This document shows positions 39,559 through 50,850 of a stretch of DNA of 64,000 bases, piece by piece. The notes under the pieces were generated by a model. The model was given only the letters and a program-made list of their open reading frames with translations. It searched no databases and was not told the origin of the DNA. This DNA comes from Mobula hypostoma. Its lineage: Eukaryota. The stretch lies in contig NC_086097.1 of the NCBI RefSeq assembly GCF_963921235.1, positions 23,314,001 to 23,378,000 on the forward strand, given 5' to 3'. The position numbers and the translations under genes were made by a program. Within the stretch, counting starts at the first letter, position 1. Each line of letters begins with the position of its first letter.

Positions 39559-40759
39559 ATCTCTGTTCTAAAAGTATGCCCCCTCTATTCTGAGGCTGTG
39601 TCCTTTGGTCTTAGACTCCCCCACCATAGGAAACATCCTCTCCTCATCCACTCTGTCAAGGCATTTCAACATTTGATACGTTTCAATGAGGTCTCCCCTC
39701 ATTTTTCTGAATTCCTGTGGGTAGAGGCCTAGAGCCTCGAATGTTTGTGCCTTATGCCTTAACCTTCAAATTTTAAAGCTTCTCAAAGTAAATTTATTAT
39801 CAAAGTACCTATATATCACAATTTTCTTACAGTAGATACAAAGAAACACAATAAATCAATAAGAAAACTATTCACAAAGACTGACGAGCAACCAATGTAC
39901 AATGCTATCATACAAGCATAATACAATTATGCTGATGAGCTGCATTCCCACCAGAATCAGCCATGATCCTTATGGAAGAGAAGAACAAATGTGAAGGGCC
40001 GAATGTCTATTCTTTCTTGTACTTATCCATGTTTTAGAGTCATAAAATGCTACAGCACAGTAGCCCATCTAGTCCATGCCAACCTGACCTTCAGCTTGTC
40101 TCATGTACCTGCACCTGGACCAGAACCCGCCAAGCCCCTCTCATCCACGTGCCTGCCTGAAGTGTTACAATTGAAACTGTTTCTGCCACTTCCACTGGCA
40201 GCTCTTCTCGTACTCACATCCACCTTCTGAGTGAAGTAGTTCCCCCTCAGGGTCCTCTTAAATATTTCACCTTTCAGGTTTCAAAGTAAATTTAATTATG
40301 TACATGTCTTGTACATATGTACGTAGTACATGTCACGTACATATGCTACCCCGAGATTCATTTTCTTGCAAGCATGCGCAGTAGAACAAAGAAATACAAT
40401 AGTATCATTGAAAAAACTACACGTAGAGACTGACAGACAATAATGTGCAAAAAAGGCAAGCTGAACAAACACTGTACAAGATACACAACATAATAACAAT
40501 AAATAAGTAATAAATAATATTGAGAATATGAGTTGTAATGTCTGGGTTCTGGGCCAGCATCCCATGTTGAACCTTGTTAAAAGCCTTTTCCCTAGTAGTA
40601 GTCTTCAAATCCCTTCTTGAACACATCTCATGAGACCCAATCCATTGATCATACCAGCCAATATTGAGAAAGTAAAAAAAAACACAACCTTGTTGCTTTT
40701 GCATCTTTTGCAAGCTGCCTACATAACTGTTCTTCTGATTCTCCGACTACTATAAAGAC

Positions 40760-41045
40760 GAGCTTTACTTCTCACATGTACATTGGAAACACGCAGTACA
40801 GTGAAATGCATCATATGCATCAACGATCAAAACAGTTCCAAAATGTGCAGGGGGCAGGCAGCTTGCAAGTTTTGCCCACAATTTACTAATATATATCTTT
40901 GGAATGTGGGAAGAAATTGGAGTGTCTGGAGGAAATCCACAAGGCCATGAGGAGATAGTGCTAACTCCCTACAGACATCAGTGGGAATTGAACCCAGGTC
41001 GCTGGCACTATAAAGCAATACACTAACTATGCTACTGTGCTGCCG
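40760..41045 (-). mobile_element. V-SINE-like element
   Basis: tctttggaatgtgggaagaaa...ctacagacatcagtgggaattgaacccagg. Confidence 0.7.
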
Positions 41046-41469
41046 CTTGAAAGAGATTATTATATATGATAATCCCATCAATGTGATTTTGCTTATTACT
41101 TAGTTTTATCTATATGGAACCTCTTTGGATGAAACCTTCAGTATATCCTCCTTTAGTACCGTCACAATACTGTTCAGCATTGCCACACGCCCCCTCTGCC
41201 TGAGGACTGCCCTCCATCTCAGCTGAACCTACGATAGCCCCAGTCATTCCTGCCCTTCCCACAGCCACTTTGCCATAATTGTAATAAAATCATAATACCA
41301 TGTGACAGTGAGCTCTTATTGCTGGACTGCAAAGTGCCTTGAGGAAGGACAATTTCTGTTTTATATTATACCTATTATAAGGCCATGTATTTGGTTTGGA
41401 TTAGTCACAACTTTAACGACTGGCAGTACAGCTTTGAAAGACCAAATGACCTATTTCTATTCTTAGTAA

Positions 41470-42330
41470 CACGCACACAAAATGCAAGAACAGAGGCCCC
41501 AACCTGGGGTGAATGGAGTTAGTGGCAGATAAAATGTTGGGAACCTCTGTGCTGGAGGAACTCAGCAGGTCAGGCAGCATCTATGGAGAGGAGTAAAGAG
41601 CCAACATGTCAGGCTGAGATCCTTCATTATGCCAGGATGGGAAGCTAGAGTAAGAAATTGGGAGGAAGGGAAGGAGTACAAGCTGGCAGGTGATTGGTGA
41701 GACCAGGTAAGGGGGAAGGAGGATGAAGTGAGAGCTGAGAGGTGATAGGTAGTGCTGTTGCGTGAATGAAATCAGCGGAGAGAATTACAGGCAGATTCAA
41801 AGCAGCTTCTTTATTCAACAAAACAAGGCACAGCAGGTATCACATGGAGACGCCCTTGGTGGAAAGGTCTACTGGCCCAATGAAGGGCTCGATATTTGTT
41901 TGCTAAACACAAAGGGCAATTCCATATTTACAAGGTATAGACAATGCTTTCTTTTGAAGCTACATAACAAACTTCACACCTTCTGATTCGCATCCATCCC
42001 ACAGACGCCAGTCTCGTCTGTGGACTGGGATTCACAGCTTTTAGGAATGCATTGTTCCGAATTAAATCCACAATACATTTTCAAGGAACAGAAGACTGGT
42101 AGCCAAAGCCATTCACTAAATGTAAATGACCTAAACCCAAAAATCACTCTAACGGATGGGAGAGGTAAACGGCTGAACAGGAAGGAATCTGATAGAAGAG
42201 GAGAGTGGACAATGGGAGAAAGGGAAGGAGAAGGGGCATCAGAGGAAGGTGATGGGCAGGTGAGGAGAAAGTAAGGGGTAAGAGGGTAGCCAGAATGGGG
42301 AATGGAAAAGAGAGATTGGAGGAGGTTAAT
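41470..42330 (-). mobile_element. Penelope terminal region interrupted by an unclassified insertion of about 400 bp (41753-42154)
   Basis: Purine-rich tail matches 1180-1360 and 28060-28320 on both sides of the insert. Confidence 0.65.
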
Positions 42331-44894
42331 TATTATTCCTATCTCTATTAGTATTTCATTGTTTCTGTTCTGCTGCGTTGCTGTTTATGATAATTAGATG
42401 CAAATTTTATTCGTAGCACCACTGACCCCTGAATTATTGATTCCTGATAGGAATGACCCCCTGAGATTTTATTAATATTAAATGAAGCATCTCCCAATTG
42501 ATGCCCTGTCTGGAATCAGGCATATAAAGAAATATTAAATAAATATTCGTTCTTTGTTCTTTCCTGATCCAGCAGTAAGAGGTATTTGCAAACAGAGGAA
42601 ATGCTATGTATATGTTAAAAGTTATTTTTTTAAAAATAGCTATTTTATTGGAAAACTCATTAATCACTTAATAAAACACAGAAGGAAAGAAGAATACCAA
42701 TAAACCAACCTGATAAAATGCAGCACAGAACCCCAGGTGTCTGATACATGCTTCTACAATCATCTCTCGCTCTCTCATGTCAGTCTCTCTTAGCACTGCT
42801 TGCAACCCCAGCCTAAGATTCCTCACTTGCTCAAATGAGTAGCCCCTTTTTGTTAATGCCTTTCAGAACCTCATTCCTACAAATCTTCCATTCAGTCGTG
42901 TTACCAGTCTGTATCTTCTTATCCCTTGTAACCTCTGCCAGGCACCTAACTTAAAAGCAGAGAGAGCTGAAGCGCATACTTTCCACCATTATCTCGCCTC
43001 AGAGCTGTGTATTTCTGCAAGTTCTCAAAACATTAGACACAAATAGGGTCGGCGCTAAAAACATACCACCATTATAACACGGGCAACAAGGGTTCAATTC
43101 CCACCACTGCCTGTAAAAAGTTTGTATGTTCTCCCTATGACCATGTGGGTTTGCTCCAGGTGCTCTGGTTTCCTCCCAAAGACCTAAAAGCTAGTAAGGT
43201 AATTGGCTATAAAACATTACCACATTACAAACTGACGCCATGTTGTCTTACAACCACCACTTTGGTATGTTTCAAAGAGAAATCAAATATGACTTCTGGA
43301 TATTTTAATTTTCTCCCCACAAGGTGACTGGGCAGAAAATAGTCATCAAGTGTTGTTGAGTCAGTTACCAGTATAGATCAATGTCACATTCATTCGCAAG
43401 TCACTCAAAATACATACTCATAAGGGTCCTGTTTCACTTCCCTGTTCATTATTTGAAAATGTTCTTTAAGTGTACGTAAAAATGTTTTCTATATTGCTAA
43501 TATCTTGCTCAGATTTAGTCTAGAGTACATCAGCAAAATGGATGCTTTAAAGATGAAAAGTTGGAACTGCAAACACTGAAGACATTCACTTCTCATCAAA
43601 GGGCCCATACCATCTCTTGTTCCATCCAACTAACACATTAATTTTCAGAACTGCTCTCTAAACTGGCCATTTTTGACTTGAAATTAAGATACAGTTGGTT
43701 ATCCGTGATGTTTTTTCAGGATAGGGACAATACAATGATGAAGGAAACCCATTATTCCCCAAAAAGGTATCGCGGCCTCTGTATGGTGATTGTGCCGAAT
43801 GGTCCGTGGCTGTTTGCACCCACTTTTCTGTTGCGGTTGACGACACATGACAAACCTGGCCATGTGAAACTGAACCCAGATTGTCGACTCTCTCCCGTAC
43901 TGTTGCTCAAGAATTTCTCTGCACATATCTGGTTTTCTTGGGGCTTGACTGATCTCAAATTTTATTTTGTAAAGCACAACAAGACAATATTGTCAATTTG
44001 TAATGTCTAAAATGAGAGAAGTATTGGCTCCCTACTTTAATTGGATGAATAATTACAACAAATTAAACCTGTGATATGAAAATAAATCTTTTTACAATGA
44101 CCAAAGTGAGCTGAGGCCATCTGATAAATAAGGATGATGCTTCATAATTGGTGTCTATAATTTTGTACCTTTACATTTTTTAATAAAAATTGTCTTTTTT
44201 TATTGGTCCTGATTTCACTATGTGAAAAGTATCAGCAAAATTTGTACTATCCTCAACAGATTCATATTTTTCTGCTTTAATCCTGTACTTTTTACTGAAA
44301 TTCTTGAGAAACCTGATAAATACTCAGAGATCACTGCTCCTACCAATGTGCACCGCTCACCCATCTTCTTGCCAAATACTGTTGTCCATCTCTTCTCAGT
44401 GTATTTGATAGACTAGTTGGTCATGAGCGTGTGCAGTAGTTGGGCCAGTCTATCTTTGGGACATGCAATTGGAACAGTCCCCCCACTGGATCTTGGCTGA
44501 GTTTTCACATGGCTAGTTGTTTGCAAGTGGCCATTTTATGAAAAAAAAGAGGTGGTGGTGGGAGAGTGAGGGTGAGAGAAGAGTTTGGGGGTAAAGATAT
44601 GTTGACACCTATTCTAAAATTAACATAGGCTTCTGCTTCTGCAGTGGTTTTTGAAAGTGAGTATAAGGTAATGTGAAAAAAATGTGTAAGACTATTGTTG
44701 TATGAGAATAACCAGTTTATGTTTGGGTCTCATTTTTGTAAAGATACTTGCATATGTGAAGTGAAGTGTAAAGTAAAATGGCCACCTTCTTGCGTGTGTC
44801 TGTCCCCGGAAGGGTGGACTTATTGTTATTGGATGTCTGCAGCTGTTACCTTGAAGGATGCGATTTCATCTTTCATTTATTCTTCCCCGTCTAG

Positions 44895-44921
44895 ACTGTA
44901 TCAGGATTAACTGTAACTCCA
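44895..44921 (+). CDS. nrxn3: Neurexin alternative splice site 3 (SS3/AS3) 27-nt microexon
   Basis: ttcttccccgtctag|ACTGTATCAGGATTAACTGTAACTCCA|gtaagt. With the G carried from the upstream exon it reads D-C-I-R-I-N-C-N-S, the known SS3 insert that follows ...VNL in alpha-neurexins. Phase 1-1 and frame-preserving. Confidence 0.95.
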
Positions 44922-46334
44922 GTAAGTTATTGTTCAAGTTTCATTTTGTTCTTAATGCTTTTATCATGTTTAAAAAAATTTAATATGTATGTTGTTATGT
45001 CTTTAGAAACACTGGGGAAAACTGGCAAGGTTGACTTTCTGAAAATGCATAAAGTTAATTTAAAATAATCCACAGTCAAATCACATTTAACAAATACCAA
45101 TTAAAATGTGTAAAATTTTATTTTATCTATCACCTTGATACAGAACAGTAATTTAATTCTAAATATTCTTAGTGAATATGGGAGTTAATTAGGGTTACCT
45201 GATGCTAATCAAGCTATTCTTAAATCTCAAATTATTGCCAAGTGTTTTGTCAGCAGCAGGGTACGGTTTAATGGTATTTGACTGTTCTAGTAACTGCCTG
45301 CATGTTTTCAATGGTCAGGGGAGTCATGTGATTAAAATGCTTCTATAGTCACAAAGGAAATAAGGGGAAAATCCATCAACGAGCAAATATGGGGCTATTT
45401 TATTGGAGGTTCGAGAGGTTTGTAGTGTAGATTTACCCATGTCTAGATGACCCAGTGAGAAACTAACAGTCAGAAATTTTACAGTTTCTCTGTGTCTCCA
45501 AGGTCACTTACTGTATTGTATTCAATGATGCCTTTGCAAATAGGAGAAACCTAACAAGACTGTTAGTCAGAAATAAAGATGAGTCCACAGTCTGTGTGCA
45601 CTGTGTGAGGTGTTAAGTGTTTACATTAGCCAGTCTGTTCTTATTTACCGTTACATGGCAAGCATAAATAATCCAGGTAGGCAGCAACTGCTTATTTTCC
45701 AACAGAGTAGCTTGTACATAGTCAAAAGTCCTTTTCACTATCTAGACTGTAAGGTAAGTATTCTGCTGCTGGATCTTCAGAGAAAATTACTGTTCTTAAG
45801 TTGCTGTTCTGTTTACATTTGTGTCAGGCTTTTTCGTTATTAGAGCTCCATGTTGGCTTTTTGTGCTGAACATTCAGATTCACTTCATTAGATCATAAAT
45901 ATTCCATTCCTAAACAAATCACTGCATCTCAAACTACAAAGAAATTACTAACTATTCTTTAATAATATCGGTAGTCCTTTCTGTTTATTTACACACTAGA
46001 TGTGAATATCATGGATAATTTATTGTCTCAGTATGGAAGAAGCAATTAAGAATCTACCACATTGCAGGGTCTGGGGTCATATATGGAACATATTCTAAAG
46101 GGGAACATTGAATCAGTTGGGTTTTTACAGCAATCAATTAATTTCAGTTACCATCAATGAGAGCAGCTTTTTAAAAAAATAAAATTCCAGATCTTAAAAA
46201 ATCCCAGCTGCCATTGTGGATTTCAATCCCACTTCTTTGAATCAGTAGACCATAACACTAGCTTCTAGTCAAGCTGCTTAACCTCTACAGTGATAATTTA
46301 TTCTTTATAAATCCAGGGAGGGAGAGAGAAAACC

Positions 46335-46540
46335 AGAAATGCAAGAGATTCTGCAGATGCCGGAAATCCAGAGCAACACAAACAAAATGCTGGAGGAACT
46401 CAGCAGGTCAGGCAGCATCTGTGGAAATGAATAAACAGTCGATGTTTCAGACTGAGATCCTTCATCTGTCCTGATGAAGGGATTCGGCCTGAAACGATGG
46501 CTGTTTATTTTCCTCCATAGATGCCGCCTGACCTGCTGAG
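46335..46540. repeat. Fold-back pair of Penelope terminal repeats
   Basis: ctcagcaggtcaggcagcatct...gatccttcatc, spacer tgtcct, then gatgaaggga...agatgccgcctgacctgctgag. Confidence 0.8.
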
Positions 46541-46779
46541 GAAACCTGAAAATGTAGACCAGTCAGTCAGTGGTAGGAAGAATGCTAGAATCTAACATTT
46601 GAGAAGTGAGAACAAAACATTGAGGAATAAAACAAGGACTGGACAGAGTCGATACGAATTGAGGGAAATTGAGTTGAGTTTATCAGACTTGTTTGCCTTC
46701 ATCTATTCTGATAGTTGCAACTATTTGGACTTTCAATAAAATGCCACATGACTATTAAACATAATTAGAGCACACTGTA

Positions 46780-49110
46780 TAAGGGATATAGCTCTCTACT
46801 CACTGGATTTTAGAAGAATGAGGGGGTGATTTCATTGAAACCTATCGAATAGTAAAAGGCTGAGATAGAGTGGATGTGAAAAGGATATTTCCAATAGTGT
46901 GAGAGTCTAGGACAAGAGGGCACAGTCACAGAATACAAGGATGTTCCTTTAGAACAGAGATGATGAGGAAATTCCTAATGACACGAGGATCAAATTTAAT
47001 GGGTCCAAAGTTTGCTGATGATTCAAAGTGTGCTGGTGTGCCTCAGTGGAGCTTGAGCAGGAGACCAAGTGCACCGTATAGATAGATTCAGTGAAAGTGC
47101 AAGGACATGACAGCTTGAATATAACCTGGAAAATTGGATGATGTGAGATCGGCCATTTTGGTAGGAGTGAAAATGAAAGCAGAGGCTTTTTTAAACTAAT
47201 TTGTGCACAGATTTCCAGCGATAGTTGATTTCTGGGATGCTGGGATTGTCTTATGATAATAAATTAATCAAATTAGGCCTCTATTTTCAGTGTAGAAGTA
47301 AGAGGGCCGATTTAATTAAAACAATCAAAAGACTTGTGCAGCTGATGTGGGAATAACGTTTCCTGGCTGCAGTGCTTAGAACCAGGAGCAGCAATCTCAA
47401 AATATTAGGTCAGCAATTTAGTGGAGAAGTAAGAGATTTTTTCATTCAAGGGCAGAAAATTCTCTTTTTGCACTATTTATTTATTTTTCTAACGTATATG
47501 AATTTTTGTTTCTTGCAATGCTGTGGCAAAACTTATGTCAGTGATAATCAACCAGATTCTGATTCTAAAGTTTTCTGCCTGACAATGCTGTGGAGGCTCA
47601 GTCACTGAGGGTATTCAGGGCACAGCCCCGTGGATTTTAGATAGCTGCTCCAGGGTTCCGATCTGAGGACTCAGTTTTGGTTCGGAATCCTGTTATTCAT
47701 GTCAATTATTTGCATGATTTTGTATTTTTTCCTTCCACTTATGCATCGAGTGTTGGTCTTTTACCTTTAATCTTTTTTGCTTTAAATGGCTTCTTTGCTT
47801 TGCTTTGTGGCTACCTGTGAGCAAGCAAATTTCAAGGTTGTACATTCTTTGATAATAAACATGCTTGAATCTTGAGTGTTAGTGTGGATCATATTTCAAC
47901 TAAGCTATCAGTGGGATCACACTTGGAGTATTGAGTGCAGTTCAATTTTTTACAGAGAAATGTTTACAGAAAAAAATGACAAAGATGTTACTGGGACTTA
48001 AGAGATTGAGTCCATAGGACCATAAGATATAGGAGCAGAAGTAGGCCATTCAGCCCATCGAGTCTGCTCCGCCATTCATTCATGGGCTGATCCAATTCTT
48101 CCAGTCATCCCCACTCCTCTGCCTTCACCTCACACCCTTTGATGCCCTGGTTAATCAAGAACCTATCTAATTCTGCTTTGAATACACCCAATGACTTGGC
48201 CTCCACAGCCGCTCGTGGCAACAAATTCCATAGATTTACCACCCTCTGAATAAAGTAATTTCTCCGCAACTCTGTTCTAAATGGATGTCCTTCATTTATG
48301 AGTCATGAGGAAGGGCAAGATGGACCGGGGCTTCTTTATACCCCCTGAAACACAAGAGAGGTGACCCATAGGGGTATTTAAAATCATGAGCATAGGTTCT
48401 TAATCGGTGTGTATAACGTCATGTAGGTAGTGTGGATAGACACTGATTGGTTCCAAAGGTGAAGAGGCTTATACAAGAGGGCATAATTTTAAGGTGATTG
48501 GAGGAAAATACAGGGGAGATGTCTGAAATAGTTTTTTTTTTACACGGAGTGGTAAGCACGTGGAAAGTCCTGCCTGGGGCAGTGGTAGAGGCAGGAACAT
48601 TAGGGACATTTAAGAGTCTTTTAGATAGGCATATGGATGATTAAAAATGGAGGACAATGTGGGAGGGAAAGGATAGATTAATTTTGGAATAGGTTAAAAG
48701 ATCGGCACAACATTGTGGCCGAAGGGTCTGTACTTTGCTGTTCCAAGTTCCGTTGCGGAGCATAGATAAGGTGAATAGTCACAGTCTTTTCCCCAAAGTG
48801 GGAGGGGGGGAGGTGAGTCTAAAGCTAAAGGGCATAGGTTTACGGTGAGAGGGGAAAGATAAAAAAATAAGTATCCTGAGAGGACATTTTGAAGTGACCA
48901 GCAGGTGGTGAGTATATGGAATGAGATGCCAGAGGAAGTGGTAGAGATGGAAAAATTACAACTTTAAAATGCATTTACACAGACACATGAATAGGAAAGG
49001 TTTAGATGGATATGGGCCTAACGCAGGTAAATATGACTAGTTCAAGCAGACAAGATGGTTGGCATGGATGGGTTGACCAAAATTCTGTGCTCTTGTCCTA
49101 TAACTCTATA
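46780..49110. mobile_element. Cluster of nested CR1 fragments, with one Rex-like tail
   Basis: Repeated CR1 motifs (agaatgagggg, tttgctgatga, ataagatataggagcagaa tail at about 48014 on the minus strand). Confidence 0.7.
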
Positions 49111-49243
49111 GCCATATATTAAGGGGATTGTGAGATATATTGTTCATACAGAATAGTGGGAATCAAGAAGGAAATCAGCCTTACTTGGCGAATGACTGGG
49201 AAAATGAGAATTACAGTCAGCTGCATCTTTGATTCTTAATTTG

Positions 49244-50850
49244 CACTGCCTATAAAAAGTATTCACTCCCCTTGGAAGTTTTCATGTTTTATTGTTTTAC
49301 AACATTGAATCACAGTGGATTTAATTTGGCTTTTTGACACTGATCAATAGAAAAAGACTCTCTTCTGTCAAAGTGAAAACAGATTTCTACAAAGTGATCA
49401 AAATTAATTACAAATATAAAACACAAAATAATTGATGGCATAAGTATTCACCCCCTTTAATATGACACACCAAATCATCACTGATGCAGCTATTTGGTTT
49501 TAGAGGTCACATAATTAGTTAAGTGGAGATCACCTGTGTGCAGTCAAGGTGATTGTTGTAAAAATACACCTGTGTCTGGAAGGTCCAACTGCTGGCGAGT
49601 CAGTATCCAAGCAAAAGCTACACTGTGATGACAAAAGTACACTCCAAGCAACTCCATGAAAAGTTTATTGAAAAGCACAAGTCAGGAGATGGATGTAAGA
49701 AAATTTCCAAGTCACTAAATATCCCTTGGAGTACAGTTAGTCAACCATCAGGGAATGGAAATAATATGATTTAGCTGTAAATCTGCCTAGAGCAGGCCAT
49801 CTGCAAAAACTGAGTGACCATGTAAGAAATGGACTAGTGAGGGAGGCCACCAAGAGACATATGACAACTCTGGAGGAGTAACAAGCTTCAGTAGCTGAGA
49901 TGAGAGAGAATGTGCATACAACAACTGTTGCCTGGGTGCTTCACCAGTTGCAGCTTTATGGGAGAGAGGCAAAGAGAAAGCCACTGTTGGCAAAGAAATC
50001 TCACATGAACTCTCATCTAGGGTTTTCCAGAGGCATGTGGTAGATTCTAAAGTCAGCTGGAAGAAGGGTCTATGGTCTGATGAAACCATAATGGAGCTTT
50101 TTGGCATCAAACTAAATGCTGTGTTTGGCATAAGGCAAACACTGCCCATCATCAAAAACTCACCATCCCTACCATGAAGCGTGGTGGTGGCTGCATCATG
50201 CTGTGGGGATGCTTCATTGCAGCAGGCCCTGGAAGGCTTGTGAAGGTAGAGGGTAAAATTAATGCAGCAAAATACAGGGAAATCCTGGAGGAAAACCGGA
50301 TGCAGTTTGCAAGAGGACTGCGACTTGGGAGATTTGTTTGCCAGCAAGACGATGACCCCAAGCGTAAAGCCAAAGCTACAAAAGATTGGCTTAAAAACAA
50401 CTAAGTTAATGTCCTAGAGTGGCCAAGTCAAAATCCAGACTTCAATCCAATTGAGAATTCGTGGCTGGACTTGAAAAGGGCTGTTCACTCACAATCCCCA
50501 TGCAATCTGGCAGAACTTGAACAGTTTTGCAAAGAAGAATGGGGAAAAATTGCAGTGTCCAGATGTGCAAATCTGATGGAGACCTATCCACACAGACTCA
50601 ATAGCTGTAATTGCTGCGAAAGATGCTTCTACTAAATACTAACTTGAAGTGGTGAGTAATTATGCAATTCATTATTTTGTGTTTAATAATCGTAATAAAT
50701 TCAGACCAATTTGTTTTCACTTTGACAGGAAAGAGTCTTTTTCTGTTGATCAGTGTCAAAAAAGCCAAATTAAATCCATTGTGATCCAAAGTTGTAAAAC
50801 AATAAAACATGAGAATTTCCAAGGGGAGAGAATACTTTTTACAAGCACTG
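49244..50850 (+). mobile_element. Full-length (1607 bp) defective Tc1-family DNA transposon with long TIRs
   Basis: TIRs of about 210 bp (cactgcctataaaaagtattc... / ...gaatactttttacaagcactg followed by TA); decayed transposase at about 49628-50640 with WSDET, KRGGGCIMLWGCF, QQDDDPK and WPSQNPDFNPIEN motifs; stops and frameshifts present. Confidence 0.95.

Noticed and set aside
40296..40345. gtac-rich palindromic cluster
   Set aside because: Short tandem duplication inside a LINE-tail repeat; low complexity.
49787..50347. 186-aa minus-strand ORF
   Set aside because: Antisense to the decayed Tc1 transposase.
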